A stretch of DNA of 64,000 nucleotides from an uncultured Nitrososphaeraceae archaeon (GCA_963765895.1 CAVXZB010000038.1:1-64000), one strand, 5' to 3'; shown: positions 34,511 through 46,308, counted from the first letter of the stretch. The notes: generated from the sequence alone by a model not told the origin. Program-made: numbers and translations.

Positions 34511-34900
34511 ATGACTTATAACAAACTCAGGGAGGACGAAAGAAGAGTTATAGAAGAGAAGGCAACTGAACCGGCTTTTGTCGGTAAGTATGACAACTTT
34601 TATGAACCAGGTACCTATATTTGTCGTAAATGTAATGCCCCTCTTTTCACATCCAAGAGCAAATTCGATGCGGGTTGTGGTTGGCCAGCTTTTGACGATA
34701 GCTTTCCTAGTGCGTTGAAGCGAGTGCCGGATCCGGATGGAATGCGAACTGAAATAGAATGTGCTATGTGTGGCGGTCACCTTGGTCATGAGTTTGTGGG
34801 GGAATTTTTAACACGAAAGAATACAAGAGAGTGTGTCAACTCACTGTCTATCCAATTTATCCCTGAGGGAAAGGATCTCCCTAAGCAGATCGAGGAATAA
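34511..34900 (+). CDS. msrB: Methionine-R-sulfoxide reductase
   Basis: KFDAGCGWPAF, RTEIEC, HLGHEF and RECVNS motifs. Confidence 0.93.
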   Translation: MTYNKLREDERRVIEEKATEPAFVGKYDNFYEPGTYICRKCNAPLFTSKSKFDAGCGWPAFDDSFPSALKRVPDPDGMRTEIECAMCGGHLGHEFVGEFLTRKNTRECVNSLSIQFIPEGKDLPKQIEE

Positions 34901-35566
34901 TTATACCTGACGTTAGGTACTTATCTGTCTATTATAAGACATTGTGGTTGAAGATGCTTCGACTACGAAACTTGGCTATTGACGCACTCCACCATCCTTT
35001 GGCTATACATTTCAATTCGAACCGCACTAAAGTATACGCCTTATAATAAGAAGCAAACCTGAAACAAACTATCAAACCAAAATCCAGACTGGTGAATCAG
35101 CAAAACTGTTGATAATGATGCTTTAGTACGGATAAATGCCAAATAAGTAATTTAATTTAATTAAATACCTTTATAATAAAAAACGGCATTTTTATTCCTT
35201 ATATTAATTATATACCCAAGCGTATACAATCATATGAAACTCCGATTTCATTTCGAAATTAGCATGAGATCTCATATCACTTTTCTGATAGCATGCTGAT
35301 GGCTTTCAAAATTAAACTATATGATCCAGAGAACAGAAGTGAAGCTGAATTGAAATTATTTTGAAATAGATAAAACATTCAATAGAATTAACGTCGAACT
35401 AATAGCCATTCAACTTACACTTTAAGGGAATGTTCTGGCCGACATTGTATTGAAAGGGAGCACCGATATGACCGAGTTATAACTTGTGAATAAAACCCTT
35501 ATAGATAGCATCATTAATCTGCGTGGCAAAGGTTATTTCTCTGGTATGCTTGACAACTCAGAGTAT

Positions 35567-36982
35567 ATGTCAAATACTCGTGTGGAATCAGACTCTATGG
35601 GCGCGATTGAAGTGCCTTCAGTCCATTATTGGGGCGCTCAAACCCAGCGATCCCTTATGCATTTTTCGATTGGAGATAACCGTATGCCCAAGGCTATCGA
35701 TCACGCCTATGGGTATATAAAAAAAGCCTCTGCTATAGTAAATTTGGCTGAAGGCCTACTATCGAAAGATAAAGCTGATCTTATAATCAAAGTCTCTGAC
35801 GAAATTATTAGCGGAAAGCTGGATGAGGAGTTCCCACTTTATGTTTGGCAAACAGGTTCGGGAACCCAGACAAATATGAATGTAAACGAAGTAATTTCTA
35901 ACCGAGCTATTCAGTTAGCAGGAGGGGCTATGGGATCCAAAAACCCAATCCACCCTAACGATCATGTCAATCTGTCGCAATCCTCAAACGATACGTTTCC
36001 AGCTGCAATGCACATAGCCACGGTAATGGAGTTTGCTAATCATCTTATTCCTAACGTCGATTTGTTGATCAGGTCGATAAAGGACAAAGCTATCGAATGG
36101 GCACATATAACAAAAATCGGCCGTACACATTTACAAGACGCAGTGCCACTTACCGTGGGACAAGAATGGTCTGGTTATGCCATACAATTAGCGGATGCTG
36201 TTGAAGTAATTAAACTGTCAATGAAGGGGTTATACAAACTCGCTATTGGCGGGACTGCGGTAGGTACTGGACTAAACGCTCCCAAAGATTTTGGACAGAA
36301 GGTGGCCTTGGAAATATCAAGATCGACTGGTTATCCTTTTGTAACCGCTCCAAACAAATATGCTGCGCAAGCGTCACTTGACGCCATGGTTAACTCTAGC
36401 TCATCTTTGCGTATGTTAGCGGTCGTGCTTATGAAGATAGCAAATGATATACGTTGGCTTGGGTCAGGTCCCAGAGCAGGGATCCACGAGCTGGTTCTAC
36501 CAGAAAACGAACCAGGGTCTTCTATCATGCCTGGTAAGGTCAACCCTACCCAAGAAGAGGCCATGGTTATGGTATGCATACAAGTGATGGGAAATGACAA
36601 TGCAGTAGGGATTGCTGGCTCACAGGGTAATTTTGAGCTCAATGCTATGCGTCCTATTGTTATTAAAAATGTCTTGGAATCTTCACAAATCCTAGGAGAT
36701 GCCTGTGACAAACTTCGCAGATACAGTATAGATGGGATAAAGCTTGACAAGGAGAGAATAGACAAGTATGTTAATGACTCTTTGATGCTTGTCACCGCCC
36801 TAACCCCTGTGATAGGATATGACAAGGCAACATCAATAGCACATAAAGCATTCAAGGAGAATCTGACTTTAAAGGATGCGGCCATTTCTACTGGCTATAT
36901 TAGTTCGGAAGATTACGACAAGATTATCGATCCGTCCAAAATGGTAGGAGATCCTGATAATGATTTGAAGACTATTGACTAA
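35567..36982 (+). CDS. fumC: Class II fumarate hydratase
   Basis: QTGSGTQTNMN, SSNDTFP, GRTHLQDA and GSSIMPGKVNP; likely start MSNTRVESD. Confidence 0.95.
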   Translation: MSNTRVESDSMGAIEVPSVHYWGAQTQRSLMHFSIGDNRMPKAIDHAYGYIKKASAIVNLAEGLLSKDKADLIIKVSDEIISGKLDEEFPLYVWQTGSGTQTNMNVNEVISNRAIQLAGGAMGSKNPIHPNDHVNLSQSSNDTFPAAMHIATVMEFANHLIPNVDLLIRSIKDKAIEWAHITKIGRTHLQDAVPLTVGQEWSGYAIQLADAVEVIKLSMKGLYKLAIGGTAVGTGLNAPKDFGQKVALEISRSTGYPFVTAPNKYAAQASLDAMVNSSSSLRMLAVVLMKIANDIRWLGSGPRAGIHELVLPENEPGSSIMPGKVNPTQEEAMVMVCIQVMGNDNAVGIAGSQGNFELNAMRPIVIKNVLESSQILGDACDKLRRYSIDGIKLDKERIDKYVNDSLMLVTALTPVIGYDKATSIAHKAFKENLTLKDAAISTGYISSEDYDKIIDPSKMVGDPDNDLKTID

Positions 36983-37333
36983 CAAGTTAATTAGTTAATC
37001 GTGCTTGAATTTTCTTACCCATACTATTATACCAGGAATCAGTAGGACAACGGGATTATAGTGCCCACATTTTTGGATCAATCAATATTTACTATTATTA
37101 CCCTGACTGGAGAAATTTCTATTAATATCTCACCTTAATCCTACTCTAGTACAATGGAGGATACTACCCAAATTACTAAATTTACTTATGTATTCATTAA
37201 TCATAATTTTAGGCAAATTCTTAGAAAGACTTCTCATGATATATGGTGATATGATTTATTTTATAGTACACTCTAATAAGACGGATTTTTTAGTATCTCG
37301 ACATAATTTTTAACCATTACATTGGCTTTCAAA

Positions 37334-37782
37334 TTATTCACCCATTATTTGTACTACGATATTCCGTCGCCTAGGTTGGGTATCCATTTCTATTACGACT
37401 ATTTGTTGCCATGTGCCTAGAAGTAAAACATTGTTCACAAACGGAATCGTTAGGCTTGGACCAACCAAGGAAGCACGAACATGCGAGCGGCCGTTACCGT
37501 CATGCCAAGTATTATCATGCTCGTATTCAATATTACTTGGGGCTATTCTGGACAGCATTGCTGGAAAATCTGTTTGAGTCCTGGTTCATATTCGATAGTA
37601 GTTACGGCAGCCGTTGAACCTGAAACAAAAACGGTAACGATTCCGTTAACTATTTTGCACTCTTCCACCATCCTTGATGTCTGTTCTGTTAAGTTAATTA
37701 GGTCACCTTCACCTGCAGACTTAACTTGGATAGTCTTAGTGAGAACTATCATAGTATTGAGATTTTTCACGTCGGTCCGCAC
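37334..37782 (-). pseudogene. YjbQ/UPF0047 family, frameshifted near 37560
   Basis: GSTAAVTTIEYEPGL and NGRSHVRASLVG...LGTWQQI in two frames. Confidence 0.85.
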
Positions 37783-38532
37783 ATTAGTTTATGGGTATAG
37801 TCATTAGTTGTTAATTTGCTTGAAATTATGCAAACTCTTATCACTTAAAGGGCTGAGGATACTTGACAGAATTATTTGAGTTCGAAGGAAAAATTATTCA
37901 ACTAACGGCGAGCGACATATAGTAACCAGTCTTTTATATCTCACATCTGTTCCAACAATCCAAATTGCAATATCAAAAACAATATTGCACCCTCAAACCA
38001 CGGATTGGATCTAATCTATAATATTAAGTAACTAGTCATCTGTTCTAGCATTTTGTGTGGCATCATTGCGTTTAAAAAGATCGGCTGTACTGCTCAAGAA
38101 TTGCAGTAATAATATAGAATCTGGTTACCATCAATTTTTTCAGCCTCTGGCATCTGTTGTAAATCCAAGCGATCCAAAGAACAATAAAATAGGCTAGCGA
38201 TATATTTAATTGAAGCCGACAGACGAGATAGCGCACTTGACCCGGCGCTGGGCCGAATATACCAGTTCGACGGTGTTAAATTAATCTTGAAACTTACTAG
38301 ACTCATGTACGACAACAAAAGAAATTGAAACCTATGAACGTAGATGCAATCCTGGGGGAACTATTAGGCAATTAATGATCTGGATCAATATCGTTATTGC
38401 CTCCTGTCACTATCTCTTTATTTCGAGTGTGATTTGGTGATTCTGCCGGGTAGTGTGTAATCTTGTAAGAATCTGGAATAATGACGGAATCCTTTCGCAT
38501 GGAATTGACGAGGGGCTCAAAAGTTAGTTTAA

Positions 38533-38880
38533 ATATCATTTGACGATCACTTATCTTTTTACTATCTCTTTCCAAATTTCTCTGATGCTACTCTAGAGGA
38601 AAAACCTCTTCACTTAAGGAATGATGAGGCGCACAAGGTTCAATCCAACCTTTTCAGTCTAACTCTACCTAAGGATAATGTCTGGGGAGAACCTGAAGGA
38701 CCAGATAACGCGATTACGCAAGGTTGGTGGAAAATGCTTAGGCCTCTTCCACCAGGAGAACACACTTTGCCTTATACGACAGGATATAGAGATTCGAGAA
38801 GTGATCCTAGTATTACCCATGGACAAGGCAATCTCGCTCCATATATACAAGCTGTGACATATCATCTTAAAGTAAAGTGA
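38533..38880 (+). pseudogene. C-terminal remnant of the uncharacterised 'W..W..GxW' family (paralog 1)
   Basis: HKVQSNLFSLTLPKDNVWGEPEGPDNAITQGWWKMLRPLPPGEHTL...VTYHLKVK; matches the C-half of 39648..40253; no start codon. Confidence 0.8.
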
Positions 38881-38907
38881 GCCCCAGTGACGTTGTTAGA
38901 GTTGTGT

Positions 38908-38966
38908 GCTTCGAAAATGAAGGTTAAAGTTAAAACTAGCAAAATGTATGTTTCAAATATGAAGCA
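38908..38966. promoter_or_regulatory. Pair of TTCAAAwwTGAA-type palindromes (38910-38921, 38952-38963)
   Basis: atgtttcaaatatgaagca differs at one position from atgtttcaaatttgaagca upstream of ycaO. Confidence 0.55.
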
Positions 38967-39647
38967 ATGCAAATGAATTTCAGTTGGAGCTTGACTCATT
39001 AAGAAAGTTATTCAGGAGAACATCTAACTGATGGTCTTACCCTGCTCTTTTATACTGGTAAATTGTAAATCGTATACAGTGCGCGTCAGACGAGACAGAA
39101 CATTCTGATATTGATACCATTTAAGGGATCATGCTATGACAAAATATTTATTACTTCTAGGAGATCAAACCTTTTTAATTTATAACTGGAATCAAGACTA
39201 TCCTTAACATCGTCTCCATCTTGGCCTAGACTTATATCCTTACATGCTTTAGTCGGTACTCCTAACTCTAGATCTGGGTCTCCTTCTGCTACACTTGTAA
39301 TATACCGTATAACAGTCGAATTATTAGTCCTTTCCAGTACATTTGCTAATGCTACACAGGCAGTATTTGTAACATATAGTGAATTTATCATGAAGCAAAT
39401 CATATATTCGCTAAATTATCTAGGAATTTTGCTCTTTAGATCTAGCAATGTATCCGAGAACAGATGTCTGCAGTACGCCCTAATCGCGATGCCTTTTACA
39501 GTCCTGTCATTTGAATATCGAAGCTTTCTGCCTCTAGTCTACTGGTATCGTTAGTTGAATCAATGGCAATGATTTTTAGTCCTAGTAAAGCTCCTCTTGC
39601 GACTAGGTTGCGGTATGAAGTGGTATTCGCAAAAACCTTCAAACGTC

Positions 39648-40253
39648 CTATTCGATTGTGATATCGTAGTTCGCTGCTATCCTCACCTTACCGGATAGAC
39701 ATGCACCCATGGTACGGATGATGTACGTTCTTCTAGGAAGTGATTCAAGGAATAGCCAGTAACCATCAGATATTCCTCGAGTCGGTCCTGGAATTCCCCC
39801 AAATAAGTTATGCTCTGGAAGTATAATATTGAAAAGCGGTGATTGAACCCTGTACTTCTGTAGTTCGTTCAGTTCTATTCCATCAAACGTAACTGATAAA
39901 TCCGAAACTATGTCCATTTCACGCTTTGCAAGTACCTGTAGCTGTTCTTCCGTTTTGATCGTTGGTTCATCCGCAAATGTAGCTCCAAAATTCAGGATAG
40001 GAAAAAGAACCGACTTTTCCGTAGGTACTGTGCATATCCTTTTACCTTCTCCACCGGTTGTCCCAGCCAAGAACCAAACTGGCCCACTTTGATTTATCTT
40101 AGAATTCTTACCTGTTTTATCATTCACTGGACTAGTTTCTATTGGTATTGAAAGTAACCATTGCCACCATCTGGCTGTCCATTCTGCATAACTAACGTTA
40201 TACGGACTTGAATTCGGTGAAACAATGATAAGTTTATCTTTTTCTATTGACAA
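39648..40253 (-). CDS. Uncharacterised 'W..W..GxW' family protein (paralog 2; no signal peptide)
   Basis: PYNVSYAEWTARWWQWLLSIP, GPVWFLAGT, RICTVP and SDGYWLFL. Confidence 0.85.
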   Translation of the reverse strand: MSIEKDKLIIVSPNSSPYNVSYAEWTARWWQWLLSIPIETSPVNDKTGKNSKINQSGPVWFLAGTTGGEGKRICTVPTEKSVLFPILNFGATFADEPTIKTEEQLQVLAKREMDIVSDLSVTFDGIELNELQKYRVQSPLFNIILPEHNLFGGIPGPTRGISDGYWLFLESLPRRTYIIRTMGACLSGKVRIAANYDITIE

Positions 40254-40902
40254 TAGATTCGAAGACTCCTATGATTATCTAGAATCCGAGTGGCACGTAT
40301 TTAGCATTATGCCTCGCAAAGGTGAAGTCCGTCTACATAATCACCATGTGAACTCCGCCTACTCATTAAACTCAGTTACTAGACAATTTTCCTGTCTTAT
40401 GGACAACAATCGATCATAGAATTCTACACGAGCCCAGCAGTCAGAAATTACATTAAAATTATTGCGTGTTGTATCATAGGTCTTTAATTACCTGTAAATC
40501 CCAAGTGCTACAATTTATTAATCACCGATTACCTAGAAAGCATGTGCGTAGAAAGCTAGCAATTCTTAGAGCTTTGATTACTGGAGATGCGTCGATAGAC
40601 TACGTTGAGAAAACCTCAGTAAAGGGAACTCCAGGTGACACGACGTTAGGTGGCCATCAGTAGGTTCCCTTATTAAATCACTGTAAGAGGAAAAGGTTAA
40701 AAGACTGCTCAATTGGCATTGAACATTTTGCTGTTTGATTCATATTCGTACAGCAGCTCTGTATTTACTTTATTCGGAGTTTTACGGCTGTGGCTTTGAT
40801 CATCCTTCTAGTATGGACTGAGCTCAAGTCGTAAAATAAATCAATACCTGGTTTTGAATAGGGGTGTCATTTTTATCCAAAATAGAAATCATGAGATTTG
40901 AT

Positions 40903-42309
40903 CTAATCTCTGTGCATTTTCTTGAAATGTTCTTTTGCTCTACGCCCCATCACTGACTTTGTAACTTCAAATGTTTCAAGTCCTGGAACTATAGCCCTCA
41001 CAACTGGAATGTTAATTTCTGGATTAGTTAGATCAACAATTATGACTCTTTTTATGCCGGCATTCTTCAACCTTGAGATAATCAATTTGATATCGTTCAA
41101 TATATCATCGTTCGTAAATGTTTGAATTTCAGAGAACTTGATGATATTGTTATTTTTATCACATGTGCTGTTGCCGTGCTTCTTGGATGTGGATGCTGTA
41201 CGCATGAATTGCCACTTCCTTTTATATATCTCATCGTTTTCCTTATAGGATATTTTTTTTAAATCATCTCTCGCTCCATGAATATTCACGGCCCTGGTTT
41301 GAGAAGCTTCTGTTATTGCACGTATCAAGGCTATCCTACTATCAGGATGTGCACCGAACCCTTTGGCAAAATATCCGTAATCGTGACTTATCCATTCTAC
41401 CGACGCTGCAACGAAAGTAGGGATGCCAATTTCTTTTTGAGTTATGTTCTTTATTAACAATGAAATCCCTGCACTAGTAAATCTTCTAACCAATCGTTTT
41501 ATGGCCTCAAACTCTTTCGCAATTTCAGAAATATCAATCTCAGCAAAAATACTAGAATCATCAATAAATCTATCCTCACAGGCAACTCTTGCCTCAGGAT
41601 GTCCATACTTCAACGACTCCCAAATTTTATCCAGAATATTATATGGAATACAAGAGGCACACAAATCAGCTATACTAACTGCATCTCTTTCGATAACCTC
41701 ACATAAAGCATGACAAACTGCCTCTTCTAAAACATTCCCTGAAGCGAGGCCATTTGTATGCGTTAGTGAAAAGACCGAAATAGCAGGATCTCTTGGAAAA
41801 TATCTGTACAATGCTATTTCAGCAGGAACTAATACTTCTTCGTTATTCAGAAGATCAAATCCCACCAAGAAATCCAATATTGATTCTTTATCACTAAACC
41901 TGTCATTAACAGGTTCAACTACTTCAGCGGGATGTAATACCTTATTGTAAATTTTTGATAAATGCAAATAAGTTCCCTGAACAAAGTTTCTGTCAGAGGT
42001 GTTACCAAAAGAGGAATATCTTTCTATCGCTTCCATCAACGCACCCGCCTTTGCGTGTAATTTCGTAGTGCCCTTACCACTATACACCCAGAACAGGTCA
42101 TCTGTTCCAGGCAAAACCGCAGAATAATTCGGAATATACAACCTATCCATATATGTTATATCTGATATTCTAGTTATCCCGATTTTGTTAGTTACGGGAA
42201 TTATTTCAGCCAAGGTGTCACTGATAGGTTTCACTCTTGTAAATGCACTATCAGACGTAACATATTTCTTAGTACTCTTAAGAGACAACTCTTGAGATAG
42301 ATGTATCAA
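40903..42309 (-). CDS. ycaO: YcaO-family ATP-dependent peptide backbone-modifying enzyme
   Basis: YSGKG, MEAIERYS, TNGLASGN, EVIERDA, GFGAHPD, RAITEASQTR and VRAIVPGLE; no C-terminal PxPxP. Confidence 0.93.
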   Translation of the reverse strand: MIHLSQELSLKSTKKYVTSDSAFTRVKPISDTLAEIIPVTNKIGITRISDITYMDRLYIPNYSAVLPGTDDLFWVYSGKGTTKLHAKAGALMEAIERYSSFGNTSDRNFVQGTYLHLSKIYNKVLHPAEVVEPVNDRFSDKESILDFLVGFDLLNNEEVLVPAEIALYRYFPRDPAISVFSLTHTNGLASGNVLEEAVCHALCEVIERDAVSIADLCASCIPYNILDKIWESLKYGHPEARVACEDRFIDDSSIFAEIDISEIAKEFEAIKRLVRRFTSAGISLLIKNITQKEIGIPTFVAASVEWISHDYGYFAKGFGAHPDSRIALIRAITEASQTRAVNIHGARDDLKKISYKENDEIYKRKWQFMRTASTSKKHGNSTCDKNNNIIKFSEIQTFTNDDILNDIKLIISRLKNAGIKRVIIVDLTNPEINIPVVRAIVPGLETFEVTKSVMGRRAKEHFKKMHRD

Positions 42310-42362
42310 CTCTGTAACAATACGCGCATAAATATATATTCTTTATACTGCCTTCTTAATTT

Positions 42363-42410
42363 AAAAAATTTGAAGCTAATTGTAGGTTAGATGTTTCAAA
42401 TTTGAAGCAT
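42363..42410. promoter_or_regulatory. Operator-like palindrome ATGTTTCAAATTTGAAGCAT (42391-42410) plus half-site at 42363-42374, upstream of ycaO
   Basis: Perfect 12-bp core TTCAAATTTGAA, near an AT-rich TATA-like segment at about 42330-42346. Confidence 0.6.
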
Positions 42411-42846
42411 TCTTTATGACAATGTATTTTCCATCTCGAATTGAATAGACTAGATATACGGTCACTCGTATCGGATTTCATTGTTCAAATGGAGTGTTGT
42501 TGTTGCTCTTTCTGAAGAGCCTTTATACAAGCAGAATAGAATAAACCGCCCCTCAGCGCATGTCTATGCATAACCGTAGCTATTCTTCTTTAGGATTAGG
42601 ACCAGATATTGTATACATATATAATAAAAAGTCGTGGAATCTCTAGAAAATAGTTCGGTGAATATGTAAGAAGATCCATTTTGAAGATTATCAGATATAC
42701 AATACCAAGTATCGCCTCAAATGTTCTACACCCCCTTCGAGGCCCAATAGACTGATTATCTTCACTGAATTGGGGTTTAACTCACCTAGTTGTCTTTAGT
42801 AGTCTTTCTGAGGCGGGTTAAATACTATTTTCTATCATCCACTCCA

Positions 42847-44244
42847 TCAGGTACCGTCTTGCTCTTTTATTCCCTTTGAATAATAGAGTTCGTTCAAAAC
42901 CTCATGCAAAATTTCCTTCACATTTTCGTCATCCATGGGCACTTGTTCTTGTTCGATGTCTATTGAACGACTGTGTGGAGCGTCCAGTCGCTTTTGAAGT
43001 TCCTTTTCCATCTCCGACACACCAATAGCCCTCAAAAGTCCTAGTTGGTTTGATGCATTCCTGTAAAATTCTTTTCTCAACTGTGAATCTCTTGATATTC
43101 TTTTAGCTGAAGAATGAATACCGACAAATAAGAGATACGATCCTAAGGGTATCAAAGTTTGTGTCGTGAAGCCAAAGGGCGGATAGACATGATATTGTAA
43201 TGGTGATATTTCGAAGGTCGCAAAGAGGATAGCCATTCCTACCGAGGAGATAAGAAGTGTTTTACGAGTTGTTGCATCATAAACAAGATCGGAGGCGGTC
43301 AAAAAGACCAGACTGAACAATAAAGCACCAACTTGTTTTGTAGCACTAAATATTAGGATATAGGTGATAGTATATGAGATCGATGAGTTCTGTAATAAGG
43401 ACAGGAAAACATCTTCAAAATACCCTTGCAAAGGAAAAATGTAGTATATTAACGGTATGCCCATAAATAAAAGGAACTTAATCCTACCAAACTTGCGTCG
43501 ATACTGACGTAATAATATTACCGTGGCGGACCACATAAGCAAAAATGAAGTCAAGGAAAGAGCATCAAAAACCGAAGATAACGATTCTGTAATTGGTAAA
43601 CCTGGAAGATTCGTTACATATGACGTAATTGGGTGCAATGTTATATCTGATACAGATGAAATTGATAGGTAAGAGTCTACGTAAATTAGTGATATAATCA
43701 AATTCACAGAAGCAATTGTGAATGACAGTGTATACAAGATTATTCCCAAATTTTTATTTGAAGTCAACCAACTCATGAATAGAAAAGACAGTAACGAGAG
43801 AAATACTAGTCCGCAAATATGGCTAATGTAGACCTCGGCTCTGAGAAAGACGGTTTTATATATGCCTTGGAAAAAAATCTGGAGAATAATCAGCATCATT
43901 ATTGCGATGCTCGAGAACTGTACTGCAACAATTAAGTTATGATACAACTTAGTTGGAATTGTTGACTTATACTCATAACTTGAAATAACATGTTTAGCTG
44001 CGTTTAGGAGTATAATGCTACTGACAACAAGTACTATAAAAAAAATCACAAAAATAATAACATTCCACGATGTTCCCAGTTCGAATCCGCTATACGAAGT
44101 AAATTTCACGATTGTTGTATCAATTACCACAAGAGTTGTGAAAATTAATATAAAAATAATTGATGACTTTTTGCTAATCTCAAAATTTACATTCCTTACA
44201 ATCTTGTCTCTCAAGCTACTAAGCAAAGGAAAGAAAGTACGCAA
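42847..44244 (-). CDS. Polytopic membrane protein (about 11 TM) with cytoplasmic C-terminal helical tail
   Basis: Hydrophobic helices; YPPFG motif; tail LRKEFY...IGVSEMEKEL...VKEILHEVLNEL. Confidence 0.85.
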   Translation of the reverse strand: MRTFFPLLSSLRDKIVRNVNFEISKKSSIIFILIFTTLVVIDTTIVKFTSYSGFELGTSWNVIIFVIFFIVLVVSSIILLNAAKHVISSYEYKSTIPTKLYHNLIVAVQFSSIAIMMLIILQIFFQGIYKTVFLRAEVYISHICGLVFLSLLSFLFMSWLTSNKNLGIILYTLSFTIASVNLIISLIYVDSYLSISSVSDITLHPITSYVTNLPGLPITESLSSVFDALSLTSFLLMWSATVILLRQYRRKFGRIKFLLFMGIPLIYYIFPLQGYFEDVFLSLLQNSSISYTITYILIFSATKQVGALLFSLVFLTASDLVYDATTRKTLLISSVGMAILFATFEISPLQYHVYPPFGFTTQTLIPLGSYLLFVGIHSSAKRISRDSQLRKEFYRNASNQLGLLRAIGVSEMEKELQKRLDAPHSRSIDIEQEQVPMDDENVKEILHEVLNELYYSKGIKEQDGT

Positions 44245-44320
44245 AGATAAGATACGGAAAGCTATTCCTCTAGTTTAGCTTATCGAAATTCATAATAATA
44301 GCTCAGGGCTAGTTATCTTT

Positions 44321-45154
44321 ATGGACGCAAGCATAGTCTGTTGCCAGATCCGAGCTCCTAATGCATATTCGTGTTTATTAATCGTGCTTTCTTTTGTTAT
44401 GATACTTTGTATTGCTTCCTTTGTACCTAAGAGTGTATATGGTGTCACCTTCTTTTCGAAAAGTGAAAAACCCTTTGGAGTATCATATGATGATTGGGTT
44501 TCTAAATTCTTTAATTGGGACTTTTCCTTAAATGATAGGGAATTCAAGCCGCATAGCGGCGGATGCTTGCATAATAATGCGGGTTCAATGGTCATGCTAA
44601 TGAGTACTGTCGAAGATAGCGCACCTCTTCAGCAGTGCAAGATTTCATCTCAACAGGGGATAATGATACCGCTTTGGATTGCATGGTGCGACAATAAAAA
44701 TGATTTGTCGAAGCTTAGGGATCCTAGTGCCTTAGGAGTGAGTCTCGACCATCAACTGACTGACTGTTCAAGGTTATACAACTTAGGAAACATTAAATCC
44801 AATGTGATAGTCGATGGTGTTCCTGTCGCCAGGCTGGATGTTACACAGTCACTAGTTCCAGGATCCGGTGGTAAGGTATATTACAAAATAAACTCTATGA
44901 AGAATGTTACTGAACTTTACTCGAAAGGATTTGATGCTACTTTACCGCCTGATACCCATCAATCAAGTAACAATCCGGGCAATGTACGTGCTGGAAGTCA
45001 AGGATGGTGGGTCTTTTTGAAACCGCTTGCAGTTGGAAGCCATTCTGTCGTATACAATATTCTGGTCACTCCAACGGGTGCAATGACCTCGCCCGGGACT
45101 AGTATTCATGGAGCGACGATTCCCTACACTCTTTCTGTGGGCAATCCTTCATGA
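44321..45154 (+). CDS. Secreted 'W..W..GxW' family protein (paralog 3)
   Basis: Hydrophobic signal-like N-terminus; KPFGVSYDDWVSKFFNW, QGIMIPLW and GSQGWWVFLKPL. Confidence 0.85.
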   Translation: MDASIVCCQIRAPNAYSCLLIVLSFVMILCIASFVPKSVYGVTFFSKSEKPFGVSYDDWVSKFFNWDFSLNDREFKPHSGGCLHNNAGSMVMLMSTVEDSAPLQQCKISSQQGIMIPLWIAWCDNKNDLSKLRDPSALGVSLDHQLTDCSRLYNLGNIKSNVIVDGVPVARLDVTQSLVPGSGGKVYYKINSMKNVTELYSKGFDATLPPDTHQSSNNPGNVRAGSQGWWVFLKPLAVGSHSVVYNILVTPTGAMTSPGTSIHGATIPYTLSVGNPS

Positions 45155-45599
45155 GTCTATAAGCATAATTCCTTCTATCCGGAACCCTTCTGTAGAAGTA
45201 TACTCATTAATTCAATTGCAGATATATGAGCATAAGAATGCCCTAATCTTGTATAGAATATGTGAAGATAAATTCGTATCCTTCGTCTTCATTACTAACG
45301 ATTCTCGATCTTTAATTTCAAAGTACATTTGGTTTTAGTATGCATTCCTGCTCAGTTGATTGAATAAATTAAATCGAGATGTCTTTGTTCAAGTTATCGC
45401 CATAGGGTTTGTCGGAGCTATCTGACTCCTTCTGAACTATTGAATCCTTTCGAATAAATCCCGTTACTTGTGCACAAGTCCTTGTTCTGATGTACCTATA
45501 CTTTAAGGAGCGCAACTTTAATATGATCAATTACAAAAGGCAGAGACAAAATTGTGACTTTCAATTCTAATTAGACAAGATACGTAAGAAATATTCTCA

Positions 45600-46308
45600 T
45601 TAAGGTATGCTTCTATTCTTGATGATTTCAATTACCTCTTCATCAGAAACGGTTTGAAAATTATGATAATACTGTTCCACCGAGTAACACATAGATGGAG
45701 CCCTAATAATGGCCTCAACTTCAGCCCCACATTCCTTTTCCAGTAAAACGATTGTACTATTTGGAGCAACGGGAACAGCAACTATAAGACGCTTCGGTTC
45801 GATCTCATCCATTCTTAACCATCGTGCAGCAGCAATGATAGTTGCTCCAGTAGCTGCTCCGTCATCTACCAAAATTACTGTTCTCTCATTAAGAAGATGG
45901 TGAAGTCCTTTTCGTGGCTTCTTAAAATAAAGCTCATTTCTTCGCTTAATCTCTTGTATTTGTTCTGTTGTTTCTTTCTCTAAATAGTCTAATGATATCT
46001 GGAGACAGTCAACTAACTTCTGATTAATATATTTAATACCATCTTCTGTAACTGCACCTAACGCAAGCTCATGATTATTTGGGTGCGTAATTCGTCTTGA
46101 TATAAGAGTATCGAATGACGATGTGGACAATTTATTAGCAATAATGTTGGCAGTTATTGTTCCTCCTCTAGGTATCCCTAATACTATAGCGGTTTTTTGT
46201 TCAGTTCTGTTCAGTCTATCCTTTAACGAATCGCCTATTACAGAAGCAGGCAGCAGCTCTGTCTCTAAATTTCAATCGAAGTTTTCTTTTAAGCAAACCA
46301 ATTATCAT
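45600..46308 (-). pseudogene. Phosphoribosyltransferase family (PRT), frameshifted near the N-terminus
   Basis: FRDRAAA, LGIPRGG, ELALGAV, ILVDDGAATGAT and AVPVAP. Confidence 0.85.

Noticed and set aside
36331-36885. 184-aa antisense ORF, and similar shadows such as 7877-8311, 30102-30392 and 58270-58617
   Set aside because: They fully overlap well-supported genes on the opposite strand.
40466-40663. 65-aa ORF as the YcaO precursor peptide
   Set aside because: Opposite strand to ycaO, GTG start and no leader/core pattern. No convincing precursor was found near ycaO.
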